Shown here in pieces: positions 25,764 through 38,900 of a DNA stretch of 64,000 nucleotides. The position numbers and the translations under genes are program-made. The notes below the pieces were generated by a model. That model was given only the letters and a program-made list of their open reading frames with translations. It did not search any database and was not told where the DNA came from. This DNA comes from Eledone cirrhosa (taxonomy: Eukaryota). The DNA is taken from the NCBI GenBank assembly GCA_964016885.1, contig OZ024746.1:100626001-100690000 (forward strand), given 5' to 3'. The stretch's first letter is position 1, and each line of letters starts with the position of its first letter.

Positions 25764-27035
25764 GTTCGTATAAGAAATATATTAATGATATATGAAACTT
25801 TCTGTATAATACAAGAGGACCAATATGTCCTTATTACTCCCACCATTTCCTCCATATCTACTATAGTATCCTCTACATCCTGATAACCCCTATAGCTAGC
25901 CTTGTTTTAATCATACCTTGTCTGTGCTGCAACCATGTAAGAAATGTGATTTCTGGCTCATTCATAACTAAATGCACCTTGTACACTCTGTAAAGTGGTT
26001 GAGATTAGGAGAAGCATCTAGCTTTATAAACCATGCCATAAAGGGTTGTGAGGACTTTTCATCAGCATCAGGGACAGGACAATGTCTGTAGTGCTGGTGC
26101 CACTATAAAATGCTCTCGGTAAGGTTGTTGAGATTAGAAAGAACATTGAGTCATAATAAAAAGAAAATATACCAAACAAAATATTGTGATGTCTCTTCTG
26201 TTGTGTCAAGAATATGGCCACCTCCCTAGTACTGGGGCCATGATAAAATGTACCCAGTACACTCTAATATGTTTGTTGTTAGGTAGGGCATCCAGCTGTG
26301 GAAATAGCAATGATAACCTATGGAAAACACTCCTTCTCTCAAGAAAGCCTATGTAGGTTGCTTTCCATGTATTTGGAGTTACACTGAAGCAGGGGGTGAA
26401 GTTCAAATATCTCAGGGCCATTTTCATGAGTTTTTGATGGGATGCGACAGAATTAAATAGAAAAATTGCACGAGCTTCCTGCAGTAATGTCTGAGTTGCA
26501 ACACTCAGCCACTTAAAGAAGGGAATAGTTGCATGAATCAAACTCACTAACTTCTAGTTTGTGTTATGTCAAAACTTACTTATGGTCATTAATCTTGATA
26601 ATATGAGCAGCCAAAATGACATTCCTCGAAAGGGTCTTTGGGGTAATGTTACTTGATAAAGTTAATATCTCAGTGATCAGAGAGCCACATCAGATAGAAC
26701 TGCTACTCTTCCACATCGAGGGATAACAGCTCCTGTAACACAGGCATGTTGGTGAGAATGTCTAAGGAAAGAATAGCAGATTTTATAGGCAAAGTCAACT
26801 GTCAGGGAAGCTAGAGGCAGACTACAAGCAAGATGGTTGGATAACATCTATAAACCAGGTTGGTCTTGTTTATACATCCAGATAGATCAATTGGAGATGC
26901 TTGCTTCTGATAGGACTCTCATGAAGACCTGTCTGAAGACTCTATCTCCATCAGCCTTTCATGAATAAATGTGTGAAGAAGAAGTTACATATATAATATT
27001 CATACAAGATTGAGATCATACTTTTAAATTTCCAG

Positions 27036-27161
27036 ATATAAATGAATGTAGCAATAGTACAACGAACAACTGTTCACAATTTGCTACATGTCATAACTAT
27101 GATGGTGGACACAACTGTAGCTGTGTTGCAGGATATATTGGAGATGGTTTCAATTGTAGAG
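27036..27161 (+). CDS. EGF exon copy 10
   Basis: Identical to copy 1. Confidence 0.88.
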
Positions 27162-28434
27162 GTTCGTATAAGAAATATATTAATGATATATGAAACTTTC
27201 TGTATAATACAAGAGGACCAATATGTCCTTATTACTCCCACCATTTCCTCCATATCTACTATAGTATCCTCTACATTTTGATAACCCCTATAGCTAGCCT
27301 TGTTTTAATCATATCTTGTCTGTGCTGCACCCATGTAAGAAATGTGATTTCTGGCTCATTCATAACTAAATGCACCTTGTACACTCTGTAAAGTGGTTGT
27401 GATTAGGAGAAGCATCTAGCTTTATAAACCATGCCATAAAGGGTTGTGAGGACTTTTCATCAGCATCAGGGACAGGACAATGTCTGTAGTGCTGGTGCCA
27501 CTATAAAATGCTCTCGGTAAGGTTGTTGAGATTAGAAAGAACATTGAGTCATAATAAAAAGAAAATATACCAAACAAAATATTGTGATGTCTCTTCTGTT
27601 GTGTCAAGAATATGGCCACCTCCCTAGTACTGGGGCCATGATAAAATGTACCCAGTACACTCTAATATGTTTGTTGTTAGGTAGGGCATCCAGCTGTGGA
27701 AATAGCAATGATAACCTATGGAAAACACTCCTTCTCTCAAGAAAGCCTATGTAGGTTGCTTTCCATGTATGTGGAGTTACACTGAAGCAGGGGGGTGAAG
27801 TTCAAATATCTCAGGGCCATTTTCATGAGTTTTAGATGGGATGAGACAGAATTAAATAGAAAAATTGCAGGAGCTTCCTGCATTAATGTCTGAGTTGCAA
27901 CACTCAGCCACTTAAAGAAGGGAATAGTTGCAAGAATCAAACTCAATATCTTTTAGTTTGTGTTATGTCAAAACTTACCTATGGTCATTAATCTTGATAA
28001 TATGAGCAGCCAAAATGACATTCCTCGAAAGGGTCTTTGGGGTAATGTTACTTGATAAAGTTAATATCTCAGTGATCAGAGAGCCACATCAGATAGAACT
28101 GCTACTCTTCCACATCGAGGGATAACAGCTCCTGTAACACAGGCATGTTGGTGAGAATGTCTAAGGAAAGAATAGCAGATTTTATAGGCAAAGTCAACTG
28201 TCAGGGAAGCTAGAGGCAGACTACAAGCAAGATGGTTGGATAACATCTATAAACCAGGTTGGTCTTGTTTATACATCCAGATAGATCAATTGGAGATGCT
28301 TGCTTCTGATAGGACTCTCATGAAGACCTGTCTGAAGACTCTATCTCCATCAGCCTTTCATGAATAAATGTGTGAAGAAGAAGTTACATATATAATATTC
28401 ATACAAGATTGAGATCATACTTTTAAATTTCCAG

Positions 28435-28560
28435 ATATAAATGAATGTAGCAATAGTACAACGAACAACTGTTCACAATTTGCTACATGTCATAACTATG
28501 ATGGTGGACACAACTGTAGCTGTGTTGCAGGATATATTGGAGATGGTTTCAATTGTAGAG
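28435..28560 (+). CDS. EGF exon copy 11
   Basis: Identical to copy 1. Confidence 0.88.
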
Positions 28561-29833
28561 GTTCGTATAAGAAATATATTAATGATATATGAAACTTTCT
28601 GTATAATACAAGAGGACCAATATGTCCTTATTACTCCCACCATTTCCTCCATATCTACTATAGTATCCTCTACATTTTGATAACCCCTATAGCTAGCCTT
28701 GTTTTAATCATATCTTGTCTGTGCTGCACCCATGTAAGAAATGTGATTTCTGGCTCATTCATAACTAAATGCACCTTGTACACTCTGTAAAGTGGTTGTG
28801 ATTAGGAGAAGCATCTAGCTTTATAAACCATGCCATAAAGGGTTGTGAGGACTTTTCATCAGCATCAGGGACAGGACAATGTCTGTAGTGCTGGTGCCAC
28901 TATAAAATGCTCTCGGTAAGGTTGTTGAGATTAGAAAGAACATTGAGTCATAATAAAAAGAAAATATACCAAACAAAATATTGTGATGTCTCTTCTGTTG
29001 TGTCAAGAATATGGCCACCTCCCTAGTACTGGGGCCATGATAAAATGTACCCAGTACACTCTAATATGTTTGTTGTTAGGTAGGGCATCCAGCTGTGGAA
29101 ATAGCAATGATAACCTATGGAAAACACTCCTTCTCTCAAGAAAGCCTATGCAGGTTGCTTTCCATGTATGTGTAGTTACACTGAAGCAGGGGGTGAAGTT
29201 CAAATATCTCAGGGCCATTTTCATGAGTTTTAGATGGGATGAGACAGAATTAAATAGAAAAATTGCAGAAGCTTCCTGCATTAATGTCTGAGTTGCAACA
29301 CTCAGCCACTTAAAGAAGGGAATAGTTGCAAGAATCAAACTCAATATCTTTTAGTTTGTGTTATGTCAAAACTTACCTATGGTCATTAATCTTGATAATA
29401 TGAGCAGCCAAAATGACATTCCTCGAAAGGGTCTTTGGGGTAATGTTACTTGATAAAGTTAATATCTCAGTGATCAGAGAGCCACATCAGATAGAACTGC
29501 TACTCTTCCACATCGTTGGGATAACAGCTCCTGTAACACAGGCATGTTGGTGAGAATGTCTAAGGAAAGAATAGCTGATTTTATAGGCAAAGTCAACTGT
29601 CAGGGAAGCTAGAGGTAGACTACAAGCAAGATGGTTGGATAACATCTATAAACCAGGTTGGTCTTGTTTATACATCCAGATAGATCAATTGGAGATGCTT
29701 GCTTCTGATAGGACTCTCATGAAGACCTGTCTGAAGACTCTATCTCCATCAGCCTTTCATGAATAAATGTGTGAAGAAGAAGTTACATATATAATATTCA
29801 TACAAGATTGAGATCATACTTTTAAATTTCCAG

Positions 29834-29959
29834 ATATAAATGAATGTAGCAATAGTACAACGAACAACTGTTCACAATTTGCTACATGTCATAACTATGA
29901 TGGTGGACACAACTGTAGCTGTGTTGCAGGATATATTGGAGATGGTTTCAATTGTAGAG
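29834..29959 (+). CDS. EGF exon copy 12
   Basis: Identical to copy 1. Confidence 0.88.
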
Positions 29960-31231
29960 GTTCGTATAAGAAATATATTAATGATATATGAAACTTTCTG
30001 TATAATACAAGAGGACCAATATGTCCTTATTACTCCCACCATTTCCTCCATATCTACTATAGTATCCTCTACATCCTGATAACCCCTATAGCTAGCCTTG
30101 TTTTAATCATACCTTGTCTGTGCTGCAACCATGTAAGAAATGTGATTTCTGGCTCATTCATAACTAAATGCACCTTGTACACTCTGTAAAGTGGTTGAGA
30201 TTAGGAGAAGCATCTAGCTTTATAAACCATGCCATAAAGGGTTGTGAGGACTTTTCATCAGCATCAGGGACAGGACAATGTCTGTAGTGCTGGTGCCACT
30301 ATAAAATGCTCTCGGTAAGGTTGTTGAGATTAGAAAGAACATTGAGTCATAATAAAAAGAAAATATACCAAACAAAATATTGTGATGTCTCTTCTGTTGT
30401 GTCAAGAATATGGCCACCTCCCTAGTACTGGGGCCATGATAAAATGTACCCAGTACACTCTAATATGTTTGTTGTTAGGTAGGGCATCCAGCTGTGGAAA
30501 TAGCAATGATAACCTATGGAAAACACTCCTTCTCTCAAGAAAGCCTATGTAGGTTGCTTTCCATGTATTTGGAGTTACACTGAAGCAGGGGGTGAAGTTC
30601 AAATATCTCAGGGCCATTTTCATGAGTTTTTGATGGGATGCGACAGAATTAAATAGAAAAATTGCACGAGCTTCCTGCAGTAATGTCTGAGTTGCAACAC
30701 TCAGCCACTTAAAGAAGGGAATAGTTGCAAGAATCAAACTCACTAACTTCTAGTTTGTGTTATGTCAAAACTTACTTATGGTTATTAATCTTGATAATAT
30801 GAGCAGCCAAAATGACATTCCTCGAAAGGGTCTTTGGGGTAATGTTACTTGATAAAGTTAATATCTCAGTGATCAGAGAGCCACATCAGATAGAACTGCT
30901 ACTCTTCCACATCGAGGGATAACAGCTCCTGTAACACAGGCATGTTGGTGAGAATGTCTAAGGAAAGAATAGCAGATTTTATAGGCAAAGTCAACTGTCA
31001 GGGAAGCTAGAGGTAGACTACAAGCAAGATGGTTGGATAACATCTATAAACCAGGTTGGTCTTGTTTATACATCCAGATAGATCAATTGGAGATGCTTGC
31101 TTCTGATAGGACTCTCATGAAGACCTGTCTGAAGACTCTATCTCCATCAGCCTTTCATGAATAAATGTGTGAAGAAGAAGTTACATATATAATATTCATA
31201 CAAGATTGAGATCATACTTTTAAATTTCCAG

Positions 31232-31357
31232 ATATAAATGAATGTAGCAATAGTACAACGAACAACTGTTCACAATTTGCTACATGTCATAACTATGATG
31301 GTGGACACAACTGTAGCTGTGTTGCAGGATATATTGGAGATGGTTTCAATTGTAGAG
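31232..31357 (+). CDS. EGF exon copy 13
   Basis: Identical to copy 1; lies in the final partial unit. Confidence 0.88.
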
Positions 31358-31675
31358 GTTCGTATAAGAAATATATTAATGATATATGAAACTTTCTGTA
31401 TAATACAAGAGGACCAATATGTCCTTATTACTCCCACCATTTCCTCCATATCTACTATAGTATCCTCTACATCCTGATAACCCCTATATCTAGCCTTGTT
31501 TTAATCATACCTTGTCTGTGCTGCAACCATGTAAGAAATGTGATTTCTGGCTCATTCATAACTAAATGCACCTTGTACACTCTGTAAAGTGGTTGAGATT
31601 AGGAGCAGCATCTAGCTTTAGAAACCATGCCATAAAGTGTTGTGAGGACTTTTCAGTAGCATCAGGAACAGGAAA

Positions 31676-34600
31676 ATGGGATCTATTTTGAGGAAACAGT
31701 AAATATTCTGTCAAAAAGTTTTAGCAAAAATGTTTTTTTATTTAACACCCATTGGCAGTGTATGAATCTGGTGAAAAAAGAGGATAAAGATTTTGTCAGG
31801 TATGCTTGGATTGTTAACAAGGAATGAGAATGATTTGAATTTAACAAAGTAACCCCAGACATGTTTAAATGCTTAATTTTCGTGCAAGGGTTAACTGCAA
31901 AGAAAGATGCAGAAACTTGTAACAGAATTCTGATAAAATTAGAGCAGAATCAGAACTTATCATTACAGGAAATATCAGAAGAATGCCAGAGAATTATAAA
32001 TCTTAGACATGATACAGAAAGAATCAAAGAGAGAGACTGCTCTCATAAAGACTCTGTGTGACCTAAAGTAAAAAACGAAAAACAAAAATTAATGTTTTGG
32101 ATGTGGCAGTTTACACTTCAGATACGATTGTCCTTTTAAAATCTTTAAGTGCTTCAAGTGGGGGAGAATAATACATAAAAATCACACTGTAACACAAAAG
32201 ATGAAAGAGGTTTAGCAGGAAAATTTATGTAAACAGGTTATTGGTGAAAAAAAAAAAATTAACAATGTGTATGTGAAATTGCAGTCAAATACATGTAGTG
32301 ACATTACTATAATCAGTGAAAATACTTGGAAAGCAACTGGGAAACCTACATTAAATAAAACCTCAAAGATTACATGTGGCATTTCGGGGAAGAAATTATT
32401 TTTTAAAGGCAAAATAGTAAGTAACATTACATTTCGTGGCAAAACCATAAAAGCTAAAGTTTATGTATTAAGAAATACAACAAACCTATTCTGTACTGAC
32501 TGGATGGAGCTGTTCAACTTATGGGATTTACCCATAAATATTTTATGTAAAAATATAATTTGGTCATCTGCCAGTTCAAACAAAGAGTCAGGTTATTAAA
32601 ATAAAAGAATAAAACAGTGTTTCCTAATGTTTTTCCGGATGAGTTAGGACGTTGTACTAAAATTAAAGTTAAATTTCAAGTGAAAGAAAATGTGACACCT
32701 GTATTTAAACCCAAACGTAATGCAATGTTTGCAGTGTTAGATCAAGTCAACAAAGAATTAGACTGGGAAAATTGACCACACAGAGTGGGCGGCTACAACA
32801 GTGTATGTAAAAACAAAAATTTAAAAAAAATTGTGTGTGCGCAGACTTTTCGACAGCACTAAATGAATGCTTAAACCCACACAACTACCCATTGCCAAGT
32901 CCAGAGGCAATTTTTTGTAAAATTAAATGGTGGAAAATTTTTCTCAAAATTTGACCTTTCTGCAGCTTACCTACAAATACAAGTTGAAGACAAATATACA
33001 AAGTTGTTGACAATAAACACACATAAAGGTTTGTACAAATTTAACCAACTTCCTTTTGGCATAAAAGTTACTCCGACTATATTCCTACAAGTTATAGATA
33101 CGATGCAGGCAGATAGTGATTTCGTGATTGCATACTTGGACGGCATATTAATTAAAAGTGAATCTCATGGTCAGCATGTCGAGCATGTCAAGTGTGTTTT
33201 TGATGCACAATGTAAGAGCTCCACTAAATAATTTGCAAAAAAAAGACGTAAATGGAATTGAACTAATAAGTGCCAGAAGGCGTTTGAAGAAATAAAAAAC
33301 ATATTAACATCAGACTTATCACTAACGCATTATGACCCCAAAATAGAAATCATATTGGTTTCAGATGCTAGTGAATATGGTATTGGAGCTGTTATTCTGC
33401 ACAAATATGATGTTGGTAGCATGAAAGCCATAGCTCATGCCTCACATTCTCTACTACCAGCAGAAAAAAATTAGTCAAATTGAAAAAGAGGCATTAGCAA
33501 TAATATTTGCAGTGTAAAAATTTCATAAATTCATTAACGGAAGTAGTTTTCGTTTACAGACTGATCACCATCCTTTGTTGTCAATTTATGGGTCAAAGAA
33601 GGGAATTCCCACCCATACAGCAAATAGATTACAATGCTGGGCACCATCTTACTAAATTATGATTTTCAGATGGAGTATCTACCATCCAAAAAATTAGGAC
33701 ATGTTGATGGTCTATCAAGATTGATACCTAAAAATAGTGAACTTTTTGAAGAATCAGTGATCGTGGCATTAAGAGCTGAAAATAAAATAAAAAGCATATT
33801 GTGTAATGTAGTACGGGAATTACCTTAGAAGAAATAAAATTAAAAGTAGAAGACAATTTTATTAAGAAAATGAAAAGATTATTGAGAGCAGAAAAAATAA
33901 ATAAAAATATGTGGTTTGCAGAACATAACCCGGATTCGAACTTGTACTTGATTTGTGACAATGTACTGGTGTATGTACAATGAGTAGTAATGCTGGTCAC
34001 ACTTCAAAAGTGAATATTAAGAATGAAATCTCTAATGTGAAGTTATGTATACTAGCCCAAAATGGACCAAGAGATTGAAAAGTTGGTAAAATCCTGCAGA
34101 GGTTGTGCTCTGGTAGCAAAATTGTCCACAACAAAATTTCAACCTTGGCTAAAGACGGATACTCCATGGTCCAGACTACATATAGATTTCGCAGGTCCAC
34201 TAAACAGATCATATTATCTTGTAGTGGTAGGTAGATTTACTAAGTGGCCTGAAATTTGTAAGTGTAAAAAAACAACCTCCTCAATTACAGTAAGTTTTTA
34301 TATGAATTGTTTGCAAGATATGGTATTCCTGATACCATAGTTTCTGATAATGGGACACAATTCATTGCGTATGAATTTAAAAGATTTTGTAAAATGTTCT
34401 TTATTGAACATGTGACCACTCCGCCGTATCATCCAAAGCAAACAATGAAATAGATGATTTAGCACTTCAACAATTCTTAAGAGTATACCATGTAATGCCT
34501 AATCCTAATACCCCTGGAGGCATGGCACTTGTGGAATTGATGTTCGCAAGGAAGATTAAGTCAGTGTTTAACAAACTGTTACCGGGTCAAAAAAGAAAAA

Positions 34601-35232
34601 TATCGGATAACAAAAATAATACGACAAAATTTTTCAAAATTGGCGACAAAGTGTTTTTTAGAATGTATAAAAATGGTAAAGAAATGTGGGAAGATGGCGT
34701 GATAAGTAAGCAAATTGGTAAAATGTATAAGATCAGAAATAGGAACCTAAGAGACCTATAAATCAGTTGTATAAGGTGAGAAATAGGAACCTAAGAGACC
34801 GATAAATCAGTTAAAAAGAAGGTTTGCTGGAGAAAGGGTCACGAGAAGAACCAATCGGAGTGTTATATGATATTTTTGATGTGTCAACCCCCAAAGAAAT
34901 TGTTGAACCTACACAGATGAGTATGAGCAAAAGGAAAGATATGGAATTTTAGATGTGGATCCAAAATGTAAAAAGTATTAAGTTCCAGACGGAGTTTAGT
35001 TCTCAAAAAGGGAGATGTTTTGAGGAAAACAACCCTTAAATAAACCCCCCCCCCTCCCCGTGACTAAAAGTGGACTAGGCAAAACTCTATAAATAAGAAC
35101 TGAAGTGAACTGTCATGGGAACTGTGTGTATGGAGTCTCGTTGTAGTCTCTCGTCTCTCGTTGGTTGTTCGGAATTACACCTGGTGAATACCTTGGGTTT
35201 TACCTCGTTTTGTGTGTCACACCGTTATAACA
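31676..35232 (+). mobile_element. Degraded, 5'-truncated Ty3/Gypsy element (K02A2.6/Mag-like) in intron
   Basis: Fragments FKCLIFVQGL, NTCSDITII (protease), DLSAAYLQ, LPFGIK, YLDGILI (YLDD mutated), [30 protein letters not shown]; many stops and frameshifts. Confidence 0.88.
35016..35232 (+). repeat. Putative 3' LTR of the degraded Gypsy element
   Basis: Polypurine tract AAAAAGGGAGA (35005-35015) followed by TGTT; TATAAATA near 35090; AACA at 35229-35232. Right end uncertain, possibly ~35319. Confidence 0.55.
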
Positions 35233-35676
35233 AGAGGTAAGTCTAAACCAGTATACTTTAAAGTTATTGGAGTTAAGCTACCTTACTAATTATCTCACCT
35301 CTTTAGATGGACATCAACAAATCAAACCACTATCACAAATTAATAGTTGATGTTTGTTTTTCAGAAAACTAAATATTTTTCAGTAATTCTTTTTGTTTTG
35401 ATCATAGGTTTTTGTTATATTGCAGCAGAGCATGTTTCAGTAAAATACCCAAATTTATAATGAACCTGAATATAATTTAGTTTCATGATCTCATTTAATA
35501 GTAATACTGGCTAAGAATGAAATATGTTTCTATTACATTTATTTAATGTGTATTATAACCACCCAATCTAACTGGAGGTTTTCAATAAATATGCTAATTC
35601 TGTATTGCAAATTTTTGTGTATTTATAAAAGATTTTGTTTAAATCTGACTAAGAGTATTTTTTTATCAATTTCTAG

Positions 35677-35802
35677 ATATAAATGAGTGTAAAATTGACT
35701 CACAGAATAATTGTTCTAAATTCGCAACATGTAACAACTATGATGGTGGGTACAACTGTATCTGCAAACATGGATATAAAGGAGACGGTGTCATTTGTAA
35801 AG
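35677..35802 (+). CDS. Diverged EGF_CA exon 14 (D)INECKIDSQNNCSKFATCNNYDGGYNCICKHGYKGDGVICK
   Basis: tttctag acceptor, AG|gtttgt donor, 126 bp, phase 1-1; full C-x-N-x4-Y-x-C-x-C consensus. Not in the ORF track. Confidence 0.9.
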
Positions 35803-35905
35803 GTTTGTATTATTTTAATAACACTTACATTTCATAAATAGAAGATAGGAAAATATTTTTTCACATTTTCCATCTATTAAGGGTTTGCCTAGTTTTCCCT
35901 TTAAC

Positions 35906-38900
35906 AGTTTGTCACTCTCTACCACAGCTGAGATATACCACCTAGACTGAGGTATAGAGTCTGTCACTCACAGTTGAGATATACTACCTAGACTGGGGTG
36001 TAGAGTCAGTCACTCACAGTTGAGATATACTACCTAGACTGGGGTGTAGAGTCTACCACTCCCTACCACAGCTGAGATATACCACCTAGACTGGGGTGTA
36101 GAGTCAGTCACTCACAGTTGAGATATATTACCTAGACTGGGGTGTAGAGTCAGTCACTCACAGCTGAGATATACTACCTAGACTGGGGTGTAGAGTCTGT
36201 CACTCACAGCTGAGATATACCACCTAGACTGGGGTGTAGAGTCTGTCACTCACAGCTGAGATATACCACCTAGACTGTGGTGTAGAGTCAGTCACTCACA
36301 GTTGAGATATACTACCTAGACTGGGGTGTAGAGTCTGTCACTCACAGCTGAGATATACTACCTAGACTGGGGTGTAGAGTCTGTCACTCACAGCTGAGAT
36401 ATACCACCTAGACTGGGGTATAGAGTCTGTCACTCACAGCTGAGATATACTACCTAGACTGAGGTATAGAGTCTGTCACTCACAGTTGAGATATACTACC
36501 TAGACTGGGGTGTAGAGTCTGTCACTCACAGCTGAGATATACCACCTAGACTGGGGTGTAGAGTCAGTCACTCACAGCTGAGATATACCACCTAGACTGG
36601 GGTATAGAGTCTGTCACTCACAGCTGAGATATACTACCTAGACTCGGGTATAGAGTCTGTCACTCACAGCTGAGATATACCACCTAGACTGGGGTATAGA
36701 GTCTGTCACTCACAGCTGAGATATACCACCTAGACTGGGGTATAGAGTCTGTCACTCACAGTTGAGATATACTACCTAGACTGGGGTGTAGAGTCTGTCA
36801 CTCACAGCTGAGATATACCACCTAGACTGAGGTATAGAGTCAGTCACTCACAGTTGAGATATACTACCTAGACTGGGGTGTAGAGTCTGTCACTCACAGC
36901 TGAGATATACCACCTAGACTGAGGTATAGAGTCTGTCACTCACAGTTGAGATATACCACCTAGACTGGGGTATAGAGTCTGTCACTCACAGTTGAGATAT
37001 ACTACCTAGAGTGGGGTGTAGAGTCTGTCACTCACAGTTGAGATATACTACCTAGACTGGGGTGTAGAGTCTGTCACTCACAGCTGAGATATACTACCTA
37101 GACTGGGGTGTAGAGTCTGTCACTCACAGTTGAGATATACTACCTAGACTGGGGTGTAGAGTCTGTCACTCACAGCTGAGATATACTACCTAGACTGGGG
37201 TGTAGAGTCTGTCACTCACAGCTGAGATATACCACCTAGACTGAGGTATAGAGTCTGTCACTCACAGTTGAGATATACTACCTAGACTGGGGAGTAGAGT
37301 CTGTCACTCACAGCTGAGATATACCACATAGTCTGTGGTGTAGAGTCAGTCACTCACAGCTGAGATATACCACCTAGACTGAGGTATAGAGTCTGTCACT
37401 CACAGTTGAGATATACTACCTAGACTGGGGTATAGAGTCTGTCACTCACAGCTGAGATATACCACATAGTCTGTGGTGTAGAGTCAGTCACTCACAGCTG
37501 AGATATACCACCTAGACTGAGGTATAGAGTCTGTCACTCACAGATGAGATATACTACCTAGACTGGGGTATAGAGTCTGTCACTCACAGCTGAGATATAC
37601 CACCTAGACTGAGGTATAGAGTCTGTCACTCACAGCTGAGATATACCACCTAGACTGAGGTATAGAGTCAGTCACTCACAGCTGAGATATACCACCTAGA
37701 CTGGGGTGTAGAGTCTGTCACTCACAGCTGAGATATACCACCTAGACTGAGGTATAGAGTCAGTCACTCACAGCTGAGATATACCACCTAGACTGGGGTG
37801 TAGAGTCAGTCACACACAGCTGAGATATACTACCTAGACTGGGGTGTAGAGTCTGTCACTCACAGCTGAGATATACCACCTAGACTGAGGTATAGAGTCT
37901 GTCATTCACAGCTGAGATATACCACATAGTCTGTGGTGTAGAGTCAGTCACTCACAGCTGAGATATACTACCTAGACTGAGGTATAGAGTCAGTCACTCA
38001 CAGCTGAGATATACCACCTAGACTGGGGTGTAGAGTCAGTCACTCACAGCTGAGATATACCACCTAGACTGGGGTGTAGAGTCAGTCACTCACAGCTGAG
38101 ATATACTACCTAGACTGGGGTGTAGAGTCTGTCACTCACAGCTGAGGTATACCACCTAGACTGGGGTATAGAGTCTGTCACTCACAGCTGAGATATACCA
38201 CCTAGACTGGGGTATAGGGTCAGTCACTCCCAGTTGAGATATACCACCTAGACTGGGGTATAGAGTCTGTCACTCACAGCTGAGATATACCACCTAGACT
38301 GGGGTGTAGAGTCAGTCACTCACAGTTGAGATATACCACCTAGACTGGGGTGTAGAGTCAGTCACTCACAGCTGAGATATACCACCTAGACTGAGGTATA
38401 GAGTCTGTCACTCACAGCTGAGATATACTACCTAGACTGGGGTATAGAGTCAGTCACTCACAGCTGAGATATACTACCTAGACTGGGGTGTAGAGTCTAT
38501 CACTCACAGCTGAGATATACCACATACTCTGTGGTGTAGAGTCAGTAACTCTCAGCTGAGATATACCACCTAGACTGAGGTATAGAGTCTGTCACTCACA
38601 GCTGAGATATACTACCTAGACTGGGGTGTAGAGTCTACTACTCACAGCTGAGATATACCACCTAGACTGGGGTATAGAGTCTGTCACTCACAGCTGAGAT
38701 ATACTACCTAGACTGGGGTATAGAGTCTGTCACTCACAGCTGAGATATACCACCTAGACTGGGGTGTAGAGTCAGTCACTCACAGTTGAGATATACCACC
38801 TAGACTGGGGTGTAGAGTCTGTCACTCACAGCTGAGATATACTACCTAGACTGGGGTGTAGAGTCAATCACTCTCAGCTGAGATATACCACCTAGACTGG

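Larger units (their letters stand above)
14434..31675 (+). repeat. Tandem array of a 1398-1399-bp exon+intron unit, ~12.3 copies
   Basis: Identical ORFs recur at 14454, 15852, 17251 ... 31238; units differ only by scattered SNPs and 1-bp indels. Confidence 0.97.

Noticed and set aside
14454-31477. Recurrent 79-aa ORF MNVAIVQRTT... and the 65/69/102/113-aa ORFs
   Set aside because: These are an alternate frame of the EGF exon running into the intron, or sense/antisense reads of decayed RTE and SINE sequence. They recur only because the unit is repeated.
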